64,000 nt of DNA from Paraspadella gotoi. Lineage: Eukaryota > Animalia > Chaetognatha. A model generated the notes under the pieces. The model saw only the letters and a list, made by a program, of their open reading frames with translations. It ran no database searches and was not told the origin of the DNA. Shown here piece after piece: positions 40,629 to 57,200 of the stretch. The translations under genes were made by a program, and so were the position numbers. Within the stretch, counting starts at the first letter, position 1; every line of letters begins with the position of its first letter. The stretch lies in assembly GCA_051294375.1 (NCBI GenBank), contig CM119263.1, forward strand, positions 20,550,115 through 20,614,114. Reading direction: 5' to 3'.

Positions 40629-43496
40629 TTAGTCTATCGTCTCGAAAAATTCCTCGTCGGCAGAGGGGCCTTTCGCAGCCTCGGCATCGTAAGACACGCC
40701 CGGGAGTCTCTCGATGCCGCCCTCGGACATCTGCTCCAAGATAGCGAGGGGTTGGACAAAAGTCTTTAAAAGGCGTCGGTCCCTTTCGAGGATCGTCTCG
40801 AACTTCGCCTTGAATAAAATAAATTTTGTGTTTTGTCGAATTTCACCAATTCATATGAATTTCGCTAATTATTTCACACCTTAAGGTAGTCGTTGTCCTC
40901 CAATGCTTTTTGCTTCTCCGATTCATGAGCGGCGATGGCAATGGCGTTCTGTTTGTCGCAGGCGCAATGCCATGGAAATTCCGCGTCGTCAATGTTCTAA
41001 AGAAGATCAAAGTTTGCATTAATTTATTATTAATAAATCAATGCTTCATATTTCTGTTTTTTCTCCCAACCTGCACAGGAAAATTGATGTGAACCCGGCA
41101 GACGATGCTGTTGAGGAGGTCGATCTCGGTCAACGGGGTTCGTCTCTCTTGCTCCAAGCTTATCCTCTTGTCGGCGACGGAGACCGTGACAGATGAACGC
41201 TTCGATTTGTACTTTCGTTTCGAATCGCGCCCACAACTTTTTGCCTTAGATTGGAATCGACACCTCGGCACCGGAGGTCGCTTTAGGGAAGACTCGTCCT
41301 CGACTTAAACAAAAAGACAACGAGAAAGTAACGAAACTTATTTTCGGTGCTTAGAAAGTTTCTTACCTCTCTTCGGGTGTTTTTCCAACTCCAGGCTTGG
41401 TTTGCTCGGGGGTTTAAAAGTAAAGTCTACGCCTGCGATTGAAGATTAGTACAAATTCAATGCCATTAAAGATATTTGACCCTCAATAAAGCCGTCTAAC
41501 CTCTTCCGGTGCCATCGAATTCGATTCGGGCGATGTCGTCGTCGAGATAAAGCATCGACTGAAAATGTTGAATCTTTTTTTCTTTGTTGATGTCGATGAC
41601 CATCTCTTGCAACTGATTCTTGAGACCGTCCATCTTAAGAAAAGAAAAACAATCTTTGACGAGGCGTAACGAGCGTCACTCCCCATCTTTTAATTTAAAC
41701 CTGTCGATATTCTTGGAGTTTCTCTTCGGTTTCTCGCAAAGCGTGTGACGAGTCCAAGCTCATCGTATGTTCCATGAGATCTTCTCGATCGAGCCCCTCC
41801 AGCCAAAACGCGGGACGAATCTCTCTCTTCATCGACGTCTGCCAAAGAAGAAACCAAGAGTGGTAAGAGCATAATGCATGGTAAAGCAGTAACTTCGTAC
41901 CCCTTTGGAGGATTCTTTGGAGGAAAGAGAGACGGAAAATGATGCGGAACAGCTAGAGTCGGTTCTAAGGAAAATATGAAAATATTCGTAAAAATCAGTG
42001 ACGATAATCAAAACAAACAAGAATAAAAACAAACAAAAACTCACTCTACGCCTTCTGAGTCCAACGAGGAAACACGATCGATCGCGACGTCTTCGCTGAA
42101 TGAATTTCGCTTGCTCTTGACGTGCACCACGGCGGGCGGCGTCTTTTAACGAAGAAAAAAAGACAAAATTTAAAAGTAAAAATTAAGCAGTTCACCAATA
42201 ATGAGCCATTCTGACCTGGGTCGACGCTTCTTTCCTAGAAGACGGGAAAACGCCGTAGAGAGTTCCGAGAGGTTCTGTTGAAAAGAAAAACGAGCGTCTT
42301 TAAAAAGCCTTCGACGAATAAGGCGACAAAAATTGATAAAATAAAGATATCGATTGAACATTTAATAACTGATATTGATAAACGGATATTTACCAGACTG
42401 TAACGCGGGATGCAATGCTTGAGTGGGGGTTGTGACGAAAGGCAAAGGAGTTGGCACATTCATAGACAAAATGGGATAATTTCCAAATGATACGTTGTAA
42501 TGAAAAGGCAGGTGCTGCAAATTGATTTTTTTAAAATTTCCGTAACGAAAATATGCAAAAACTGTGTCATCTCGAGTAGAAATTTGAGACAAAAAACCTG
42601 AATGGAATAAGTCGAGTAGGCGTTGTTGGCCGGATGTTGGCCCGGCACGGAATAAAACAATTTGGAGGCTTCGGCAGAAGGGGAACGCATCGGATGGGAG
42701 ATCGATTCAGTAGAAGCCGTACTGAGCGTGCGGGAGACCGACGCTACGGAGGCGGAACTCATGGTTCGACAGACGGACGCGTGGGAAGCCGCGGAGGACG
42801 CAGTCGAAGCGGGGCAGGGAGTTCGAGGGGCGGAGGCGGACAAGATATTTTCCCTGCGTTTCTGTTATGCAACAGATAAACAGAGTGAATTGATATCAAC
42901 CGGAAAAAATAAAGATTTGAAAGAAACATCAATTTCTTACGATGTCGTCGACCAGCATAACGGAGGGATTCGCCACCGAAGCCGAGGAAACTGGAACATC
43001 ATTCTCGTTGTCGCCTTCGGTGACGTCCGCAGATGCCGCCGCCGCCGCCAGGTTGTGTTCGATCAAGATGGGTTTGACCTTTTCAATAAGCCGTTGCCGG
43101 AAGTTGCCCGTTTCCATCTCAGGAGCTTCTGAATAAAAAATGAAATTGTGTGCCACAAATTATATAATTGCGTTTTCCTGATGAGATATGAGCTTTCACC
43201 TTGAACTATCGCTTGTGGATGTGGCACCACAGCTAAAGGGTACGGAACTGCAACAAGTGGATGCACGGCGTCTTTGCCCATGGAACGGTTCATTTGTTGC
43301 AAGTACATTTGCTCTTGTAAGCTATTAAAAATATGATTTTTTAGGGCACATTAAACAAATATGAGAAGAAAGAGAATGAGGGCTCGAAACAATACCTGTT
43401 GTGTATCTTCATTATATCTTGAGTTAGTATAGAGTGAGGTCGTTTTGATAAAGTTTCCCCGTGGTCGTCGCTTTCGTACAAAAGAAAATAATGAAG

Positions 43497-43539
<43 letters not shown>

Positions 43540-46500
43540 TCTTAAAGCATAAGGATCGTCGCAATCGCATAAGAAAAATCTGGATTGACGACAAATTTTG
43601 ATACTATGGCGACGAAGGTTTCGCCACCACGGGGTTAACCCTAGTTGGTCACTATGTTGTAGGGTTGCGAGAGAAGCCGGTTACTGACCAGTCTCACTCT
43701 CACTCTCTCTCTCTCTCTAATTGATCATTGGCTCTCTTTCTCTAGTCAGTCTCTTCTCACAACCTTTTATCATTAACATCTCTCTCTGTTATGCATTATT
43801 GTTAATACATGTTATTATGTACCACTACAATACTAAAAAAAATCAAATTTGAGAAAAGAAAATTAATTTATAAACAGAAAGAAAAAAAAAAGAATAATAA
43901 ATATAAAACAGTAAAATAACTTATTTTCGAGTTTAATTTTTAGCAAGTCTGGAGAGACATTATTGAAAAATATCGAGTTGTTTTCAGTTTAAGGATAAGA
44001 CATGTAATGATCGAAATCATTCAAAAACGAGGTAAGGTAAAAGACAAAACAATGGTAAGTAAGAAAAAATGGAAAACGCTAAACAATAGTAAAGGTAAGG
44101 TTGATTTAAGGTCAAGAACTTGACCTTGGTCAGATGTCAGTTTCATTGTCGCGGTTGTTGTCGTTGTTGTTGTTGTCGTCGCCGCAAAGGTACTTTTGTT
44201 TTATTTTTAGCCCGCATAAGCAAGCAGTTTGATCGAATGCGACCTCTCTAAACACTGTCAACATTCCCAGACAAAAGAGGCACCCAAAAAAAAAAGAAAG
44301 AAATCAAAAGGCAGCAGCAGAAGCAGCAGGAGAAAAGAGAGAAAAAGAATAAGCAGAGCCAGCTGCAAACTCGTTTTTTTACCTTTTCTCTATGTCTATG
44401 AATCAGTGACTAAGGAAAAGAGATAGGGAGAGAGACATGTAATTAAAAGAGAAAAGAGAGAGAGAAAGAAATATAAAAATAAAAGAGAAAATTTATTTGT
44501 TTTGATAAAACGTAAACAAAACATATTTAATAACTGTCCAGACTCAATTTTAAGCACATCGATGATGAGAAGCTGTATAAAAATTTTCAGCTTCATACAC
44601 CCAAATTTAATCATAAAAAAGGCGATCTATAATTTGGAACGCCGACAACGACGACGACGACGCCACTTATGCGCAAAAGTGTTACAATATCGTCGCAAAC
44701 GCTAAGCGATTGCGACGATAATAATAATAATAATAATCTTTAAAGCAATAGATTGAAAGAATCATTACAGCGACACTCCCTCCCCGCCAACCTGTTTCCT
44801 TTGCTCCCGTTGCGACTCCCGCTTCCGTCCTTCGTTCCGCTATCCTGCTCGTTGACCGTCGCGTCGTCCGGATCGTGCACCATCGCCTCGTGGTCGATCG
44901 CGTTGTCCTCTTCGTTTAGAGACAAATGTTCCGAGACGTGGACGACGGCGCTTCTGTAATAAAACAGGACGATTTAAACATTTTAAAGCGGCGCAGCCTG
45001 GTGGCAGTATTGGCACCTCGACGACCCGACGTGAAACGGGGGAGCGACGACGACGATGTCTTCTCCGTCGGATGTCGACCCAGCGCGTTTGATCACTTTG
45101 TCCGTGCAGTACATCTTCGGGCGACTTTGCAGAAATCTTAAAATGCAAGGCGATAACGTGAATGTGGTTGGAGGCTCTGAAAGAGTTTTTCAAACCTTCT
45201 AATGTTCTGCGCGTAATTGAGTTGCTGATAAGAAGCGTAAGACTGACAAAAGTTGGGAGCTGGCTGAAGGGACGGGCCGGCGGCCCCCACAGACTCGGAC
45301 TGCGACGTTTCAGGCGTCGGTTTTTCTGCAAATAACACAAATAAGAATAGCCTTTTTTTTTCGACAAACCGCAGACAGAGACAAACTCAAACCGAGAGAC
45401 GGAGCGGTCGCCGACGCCGATTTGTAGTCTTTGTTGGAATCCTCAGAACCGGAAGTTTCAGAGATCTTGACGAAAAAAAAATTGTTGGAAAGTAAATAAA
45501 CAAATTGACAATGTCGTTAAAACACTAGGTTTACCTGAAAAGAACTTGTTTTTTTGTTGGAAGTAGAAGCGCAGTCTGAACTGTCCATGGACGCCTAAAT
45601 AGAATTGTTAATTATTAATTTAACTGAGGTCTTTAAGTTCTGGGATTTGAAAATATATTTTAAAACCCATCACCTTATAACTGACTAAAATCTCTTTGAC
45701 GGTGTTTTGGACTTGTAGCGATAAACGCTGATGACGTTCCGACTCTTCACGAGCTTTCCCAGAAAAAACGTTAATGTTCGAGGGAGCGTCGATCAACCTT
45801 CATTATACAGCAAAAATAAAGTCATGAAATTATGCAAACATAAAGAAAGGAATGATATTAATCATCGAACCTGTGATATCCTTCTACCACTTCGACACTT
45901 TTCGACCACTTGTTCATAATGAGTCGCCATTCAGTTTGGATGGTTATATAATGCCCGTTGTTCGTCGAAATTCTACCAAAAAAATCGATTGGTTAACTCA
46001 TGACCATAACTACCAATTGTCCAAGCTTTTTAAAACTCGTACAAGACACCTATAATTATCAGACATGCAGACCCCCTCCTGCTCCACAAGTTGTTGGAAC
46101 ATGGGAATGGCCTTGCTAAAATCGTCCTCGTTCCAACGGGAAAACAACGAAGTGCCAATGATATCTTGGGGCAAAAACCCGAGGACACAAATTCCTGGAA
46201 AAAAATTTCGATTTAAAAATGAACATAAAGAAACGAACTACATAGTAGGACGCAAAAAAACAAACACACCGTTAGTGTCGATGTACTCGAGATTTCCGAA
46301 GACGCTCTGCTGAGTGCAAAAGCGGAACTTTCCGTCCACCAATGATCCGTCGCGATAGGGAGATTTAAGGGGCTGAGCGATCATCGTCATGCATTTTCGT
46401 GGAAGGATCTCTTCCGGGGAGACGTCTTTTCCTGAGGTGAGGTAAGGGAAGGGAAATTTAATACAGAGTGGGATACATAATTTTAACATATAATTAAACC

Positions 46501-48053
46501 TATAATCAGAATACTTAATTAGGTAAAATAGGGAATTTCTAACAATAATTGATATTATGAGATAACAAAAATAAAAATATCCCTCAAGTCATGACCAGTT
46601 TTAATGACTGCTTCAGGGCCGACGAACACTTTTCTTTTCTTTTGTCATTACGTAACATAACGAATTTCAAGCAGAGGGACATCTCCATTTAAAAGCTTCA
46701 ACTTAATTACAGGTTTCGAATTTAAAATTTCGTAACCCGTTCGACAAGTCGCAAAACAAGTGATAATTTTCTGACCTTGTAATATGACGTTTTTCACACG
46801 ATATTTAATATAAAACGGTCGATAAGCCGACATGATGCCAAGACTAAAAGAATTTTTCAACCCGGTAAATGTCCGTAATCTGGAAAGAGTTAAGGGAAGC
46901 AGAATAAATCTCAAAGGGAAAAAAAAGTCGAAATGACCGTAAATAAAGATGTTACAAGCCTGCAGTAAAACGAGCCATTTTTGGCTTCGCCGCTTTTGTC
47001 GATTGCTGTCGACATGTTGCACTCGGATAATTTGTTATTGAATACGATTAAATCTTTCTTGTGAATGAAGTTCATGAACATTTGTCCTGGCCAAAAGTCT
47101 TTCGGATATCCCAAAACCTAAGATCCGACATGACGATGAGGCCAAAATTCACGGAGATATTAGATAACGAAACTGATCTACTCTACTTGTATGATGCTGT
47201 CGGTTACATGAATCACAATTCCATCCGCCAATGAAACGGCTAAGGAAAACCCAGATCCGCCTTTGTCGTAATACCACAATTCGCTCTGATAAATGAAACG
47301 TGCACAAATGAACATTCAACAATTTTTTTCTTTTAAAAATTCACAGCTCGTGAGCTACTCCCTTCTATACCTTCTTCCTCTTCTTAAAAGGCGAGTAATG
47401 CAGTTTGTGAATAGCGGGCCTTTTGCGCTCTTGAGCAGTCGAGGCGTCCACCCCGATCTTTTGCGCTCCGTCGAGTCCGCCATCATCCACTTCCGAATCC
47501 ATAAAGAGTCTCTCGCAGGCGCACGTGCTGTTGCCGCACTCGGGCAAATGCAAACTGTCGTCGATTAAAAAAATAATTAGGAACGTTAACTAGCGAATCA
47601 ACGAAGACCCGACTCGCCTCTGATCTACGTTGCTCTGAAATCCGGAGTCCGTGGTCGTGACGGTGACGGAAAGGTTGCAGTCCACGAGAGGATTGACCTC
47701 CGGCTTCACGGCCGTCGTCGTCCCACAGAGAGAGACTGGGGCCACCCTAGACGCGTCCGTCGATCCGACGGGGAGATCCGAGGTCTGCGACTCGCTGCCG
47801 ATACCGCTGCTGCAGAGACCGCTGCCGGTTCCGGTGCCGGAGCCGCGACCGGACGAATTGTTGTCCCCGCTGCACAAGACCGAGCCCACGACGTGGAGGT
47901 CGTCGTGACTCGCTTGGTTTAGTGTATAAAGAGTTTCAATTTGTACATAAATATTTTTAAAGAGCTGCGCCGAAACTCACCTAAAGCGGAATCCACATTG
48001 GTTTCCGTTTCATTAGATCCGCTCCGATTAGACTGAGAGTCCTTGTTTTCCAT
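40629..48053 (-). CDS. per: Period circadian protein (PAS-A, PAS-B/PAC, Period_C), many short exons
   Basis: N-terminus ETNVDSAL. PAS-A GFSLAVSLADGIVIHVT and LGYPKDFWPGQMFMNFIHKKD, then FYCRL/RTFTGLK. PAS-B LGFLPQDIIGTS. PAC NGHYITIQTEWRLIMNKWSKSVEVVEGYHR. SYQQLNYAQNIRR motif. C-terminal ILERDRRLLKTFVQP. Not every internal exon boundary was resolved. Confidence 0.9.
43535..44719 (-). mobile_element. HINE-like family B copy in a per intron
   Basis: Terminal hairpin ATCGTCGCAA-ACGCTAAGCGA-TTGCGACGAT and (GTC)n tract. The other end has ATCGTCGCAA next to the CTTAAAGCATAAG stem-loop. Homologous to 50285-50955 and 61601-62987. Confidence 0.75.
43607..43829. mobile_element. Solo LTR (223 bp) nested in HINE-B
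   Basis: TG...CA ends flanked by a duplicated ATACTA (43601-43606 and 43830-43835). The paralogous HINE-B at 50351 has a single ATACTA (empty site). Confidence 0.65.
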
Positions 48054-48438
48054 TTCACCTAAAATTTAATAAAATACAGTAATTTTTATCGTTGTAACGA
48101 AACAGTAATTTACAAATAGAGTTTAGAAACAAAAAAATTCAGAGACAATTTTGCAAAAAATAAATAAAGTAGAACGAAATAGCGCCACAACTACTCATGA
48201 TTGCTTGCCGGGCTTGAATGAAGTGATTTACTACCTGAGGGCGGCGGCGACGACTTAAGGGCGGAACCCTGTAAATTCTTCGAATCGGGATCGTTCTTGT
48301 TTTCATGCTCCATGGTTACTAATTTGGACCAAAAAAAAAAAAAAAAAAAGAATAATTAACTAAAGCAATCTTATTTTTAAACCGAGAGCGTTGCCGAAAA
48401 AACGGCATTGAAAAGCTATCAAACGACCTATACTTAAA

Positions 48439-49085
48439 ATTACGTAATATTCCAGACAAACTTACTTCAACGTACTGAGGTTTCGCTAATAAATATACAA
48501 TGCGAATGTTACAAATATGAATTTAATATATTAAATTTAAAAATTTTTAGTTCTTACCGTTTATAACAATAAATCCTTTGGCGTATTACAATATCTTTGA
48601 GATGGGCACGAAAATTGCAAACGTATGCGCGATACGCGTGACATTAATATATGAAAATATATTTTTTATTATGTTGATCAGCAGAAAAACTCGCTCAATT
48701 AGGAAAAAGGGACGCGCTCTCATTGGTTGATCGCCGTCATACATTCTTAACACGCTCGGCCGGTTACCACTGCTATGCTCAATAAGGGCCACTATTAAAT
48801 CAATGTGATAGACTTTTCACGTTTCGCTAAACGTGAAGCTTTCCGAATACTATATGAGATTGTTATGTCTGTATCTTTAAGTAAAAAATTATCTCGGGAC
48901 GAGACTGTAAACGAAACTATCTTGTATTTATATAATTAAATTTGGGTAACGTTAACCCTAAATTACATAACCTAATTAAAACGTGTAAAGGCAGAGCGCT
49001 TAGCTGAAAATTTTCATTAGAATGAGAGGGGTCAGAGGAATTAAAGTTCTTAACTTTCAATCAAATGTAACCCACGTAATCCCTG
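48439..49085 (-). promoter_or_regulatory. Putative per promoter/first-intron clock module: paired E'-boxes, D-boxes, CCAAT
   Basis: CACGTT-N6-AACGTG at 48818-48835. ATTACGTAAT at 48439-48448. GTTATGTAAT (minus) at 48962-48971. CCAAT (minus) at 48722-48726. Non-coding exon donors at about 48557 and 48234. Confidence 0.6.
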
Positions 49086-49370
49086 ATTACTATACTCTAG
49101 CTGATTCTGTAATCAAAGAGGGTCTTAGTAGAGAAAGTAATTCAGTTTTTGTCAATACAGAGGACAAACTATTTTCGTTTTAATTTTTCTCAACTGTAAA
49201 AATCTGCGAGAAATTCATGATTTAATACATTTAGCTTATCAAATACGTAGTAATGAACAGGGCAACCAAGAAGCGGATGGCGAAACGAAGGGGAAGGAAA
49301 GGGAAAGGGGGAGCGGGGAGGGGCGTTTCCAGGGAATGTAAATTCATGAGTCGTTGGCTCCACCGGACGG

Positions 49371-53232
<3,862 letters not shown>

Positions 53233-53839
53233 CTACTTGGTGACGAACGTCGATGATGAGAAACTTCTCTTTTGTCGCGAAAAGAAAGAAAAAACTTGCT
53301 TCGTTTTTTTTAATGGCGAAAGCGAGACGCATAACCTTGTGCTTTTGTTCGAGAGAGCCGACCTCTTGTTTGCATCGTCGTAAAAACGGTTTTTGAACAG
53401 AGAGTAGAATATCTCAATAAAAAATCACAGAAAAATAGTTTTTCTCGAACAAATATAGGAGTTCTAAAGAGATACATACGTTATGTAATGACCGCGTATT
53501 TTTTGGGGTCAAATCATAAAATAAACTGGAGTTTTCCAGTAATATTTCTACTAGCTAATTAATCAATCGGTCCTACGAAGTTAATTACAATAACTTAGCG
53601 GGAAAAAAATATAAAACGGTGCCATTTCGTTTCAATGTATGCAAAGGTATGCCACAAACAGGTGTAATGAAACAACATAAGAAAAAAAACGTATTTAAAA
53701 TAGTGAAAATATGACGAAGAGGGCGAGGAGGGACAGATTTGGTGAATATAAAATGATTCCAGTGAAGAGTAACTGAGAGAGAAGCCTATCGTTTTTTCTG
53801 GAGAGTTGTCCTTTTTGTATGGCCACTTAAAATTTGGGA

Positions 53840-54195
53840 TCAGTTGTTATGCGAGGAGGAAGAAGAAGAAGACTGGATGCATTGTTCGAGTTGACGGTCG
53901 ACTTCGTCGGTATCGTCGTCGACGTCGAGATTCCATTCGACGCCCGAATCTTCGTTGACTAAACGCAAGAGTCGACCCACGAGCCGACGGTTTTGTGACA
54001 GTTTCTGACGTTTAAAAATAAATGATTTAGAAATAAATATTGTATTAATCCTTTCTTTTGTTGTTTGTTGAGATTAATTAAAAACGAAAATTTTCGTGGA
54101 ACAACAATAAAGTTTTTATAAACTTTGGACATGTTTCGGCTCACAACTCAAGCCTTCATCAGCATCTGAAATCACAAATAATTTATTTCACAAAC

Positions 54196-54274
<79 letters not shown>

Positions 54275-57200
54275 CAACAAAGAATTTAGTAAAGGAAAGT
54301 GGTCAGTATGCGAGGACAGGTGAAGATGAGGACAGGGATGAAAAGGAGAGTGAATGTGAAATTGGTGAAAAGGGAGAGAGAGAGGGAGAGAGAGACACAG
54401 AGAGAGAGAAATAATAGTATACATTAGGCAATGTACAACAAAGATAAATAGTATTATAAACTAGACATAACAAAGATTGAATTAAATTAGGCTGTTTGTG
54501 CATTTTTGAAATGATGAAATATTGAAAATGAAATGGAAAAGGATAGTTTGTGAGGGATAGTTAAGATAAAGAGGTAAGAGAAAAATAAGTAAAGAAAGAG
54601 CTCAAAGTGAGCTGGTCCCCCCCCCCAGCGCGGGCAAATGAGGGATATTACTGATGAATTTCGGTTCATAGGCCTGTCATAGGTTGAGAGAGTATTGTGG
54701 TGGAGTTAGTTAGGCTGGGATCTGGTAATGACCCACCTGGAAAAATGCCCAGTGCCACTCGAATATCTCTCTGACCTGATAAGCCTGCCGAATGCCCTCC
54801 TCTCACCTGACGGTGAGGCGGGCGATTGCCTGTTCTGGCCTGTTTGTCTCTCAATGTTTGTGAAATAAATTATTTGTGATTTCAGATGCTGATGAAGGCT
54901 TGAGTTGTGAGCCGAAACATGTCCAAAGTTAATAAAAAAACTTTATTGTTGTTCCACGAAAATTTTTGCGTTTTTAATTAAGAAATAAATATATAATATA
55001 TAGTTAATATACATATAATATACATATTAAACATAATACATATATTGTTATTGCCTTCCTAATACTCGTATCCAATGGCCTCGAGAGTCGTCACCTGGGA
55101 AATTTCTGACTTCCCTTCCTTCAATTGCTCCTCGATCATCATCCCGAGTTTGTTGTTATATTTGGCGATGAACTCGTCGATGGGGAATTGACTCAGTTCT
55201 TTGTGAGACATGGTTTGGATGGATTCGGGCGATATCGTGAACCCGGGTGGAACGAAGTACAGTAGCAGTTTCCTGCAATTAAATAATATAATAGTTTCGA
55301 AGCATAGAAGCAAAATCGTGTATAACTAGGACTAAGCTCTGACGAAAAAAGCCAGAGGTTTTTATAATATATTCTTTTACCGGCCAATGTAGAATGATGG
55401 CAATATTGCTATTGTTAAGTTTCAAAAAAATCCGATCATAAATATAGAAAATATTAATCAAAATCTTCGGAAAATCCACCCCTTCTTTGGAAGATTTTCG
55501 CCATATAAGATTTTTTCCGAATCTGACTCCCGGATGAAAACTCTTAGAATTCCGATCGTAAGCTCCTCTTTTACTTTAAATAAAAATTTCACCAAAATGG
55601 ACTAATTCACTTTACCTTGATCGTTTCATATTAAAATAACTAAATAAAATGTAAAGAAAAATTTTGAGAGCCCTTCAGACATATGGCTATCGGATTCCTG
55701 AATTCAAAGTTTATTGTAAAATCACAACATGCCTTAAATGCGTTTATATTGTAATGAAGTTGAGAAATTCTTTTATTTTATATAGAAAAATTGAGATGAA
55801 AATTTTTTCCTGAGCAGACCAGTCCATTTAAATCTGATGGTTTGATGTCAAAATGATGGTTAATCATGAAGAGAAAAAAAATGCGAGCCCTTCAGATGCA
55901 ACAGGATCTGAATCGAGTCTTTTTAAATCAATGTTTTATCGGAACTTTTCCCAGGACCGTTTATATTGTTTTGTAGTCAGATTTGAACGAAAATCTCCAT
56001 TGAAAAAATCTTCCTCGATCTCTAAAACGACGTCGACTCCTAGTATAACGGTTCTTGAACCATTACCTGAAAGTCTTAGACATCTCTTCCAAGACGACGT
56101 TAGAATCCCCGCCCGCGGCCGTTTCCGTCGAGTCCGGGGAAAGTCCAGTTCCTGCTGCAGCCTAAAAGTCGTGTCGGGGTGGGTTATTCGAAACTTATAG
56201 TATAAATAGAATCAAAGCGCCGTTCCGTCCGCGCACCTGAGCCTTGACTTCCGTTTTGACTTCTTTATCCTTGGCGGGTTTCTTGGCGTCCCCGCCCTCG
56301 GGCGTCGCGGCGGCGGCGGGAAGGCGGATGTGGGGCGAGGTGATCTCGAACCACTTGTCGTATTTGTCGGATGGATAACCGTCGAACTTGACTTGGATCT
56401 TGCCCGCGTTTGAAGTCCTCACTACAGTGCCGCGGAACCACTTGCCGTGATGGGATTGCCACGCCTCCACTACTTTGCCTGACAAGTGCGGGAGGCAGTA
56501 GCAATTCTTAAGATGGAGTTAGTTTTTATGAAAAAACCTCTCCAGTAAAAACTACTAGCTATAAAACGAAAAGAGTTAATAAATTCTTTCAACTTAAAAC
56601 AGGTATCTCAATCACGATATGAAAATAACTTCGAAAAACGTAAGCATCTCGACTCGACCGGACTCATGAAAACTCTTTCACACACATTATGAAATAAGAA
56701 ATAAGAAGTTGGACTGTTTGACGAGAAAGCCACTAACCACGATAACGCTGACCTTCGACGGTGAGGTCGACGACGGGGTAAAATAGGAAGTTGAAAAAAT
56801 GGGAATGACCAAATAAAAAAGTGAGAAAGGGTTCGGGTCGAGCGAGAGCTCGTTCACTAGGTCAGCTCACCGAGTTCGTAATTGGGCGTGTCCGGTGACG
56901 TGGAATCCACGTCTCCCGCTTGAGCTTCGATCTCTTCCTCCTTCTTTTCCGCCGGTTTCGGAGTCATCGGAGGTTCGGTCAACATCTCCTCCTCTTCCTC
57001 CTCCTCCGAAGATCGTTTGAGAGCGGCTTTGGCGGAGCCTGAGAAAACCGAGAAATAGGAAAACTACTGAATGCTCCCTTTTAAAAGATATTTATCAATA
57101 CTTACCTAAATAAGTTCCGGGAGGGACGTGAACAGACGACTGGTTTCTCAAGCTAGAACTCGTTTTATTTTCTTTGGGCGACGGCGCGGGAGGGGGTTTC

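Larger units (their letters stand above)
54074..54981 (-). mobile_element. Penelope-like element remnant: about 130-bp inverted terminal repeats (pLTR-like) with a (GA)n tract
   Basis: 54074-54203 is the near-perfect reverse complement of 54847-54981. Each arm carries a hammerhead motif, and the + arm has AATAAA just downstream. Adjacent (GA)n at 54198-54271. Confidence 0.7.

Noticed and set aside
47810-47850. GSGTGTGSG in PER as a homolog of the Drosophila Thr-Gly repeat
   Set aside because: Only two units, and N-terminal to PAS-A rather than at the homologous position. Likely generic low complexity.
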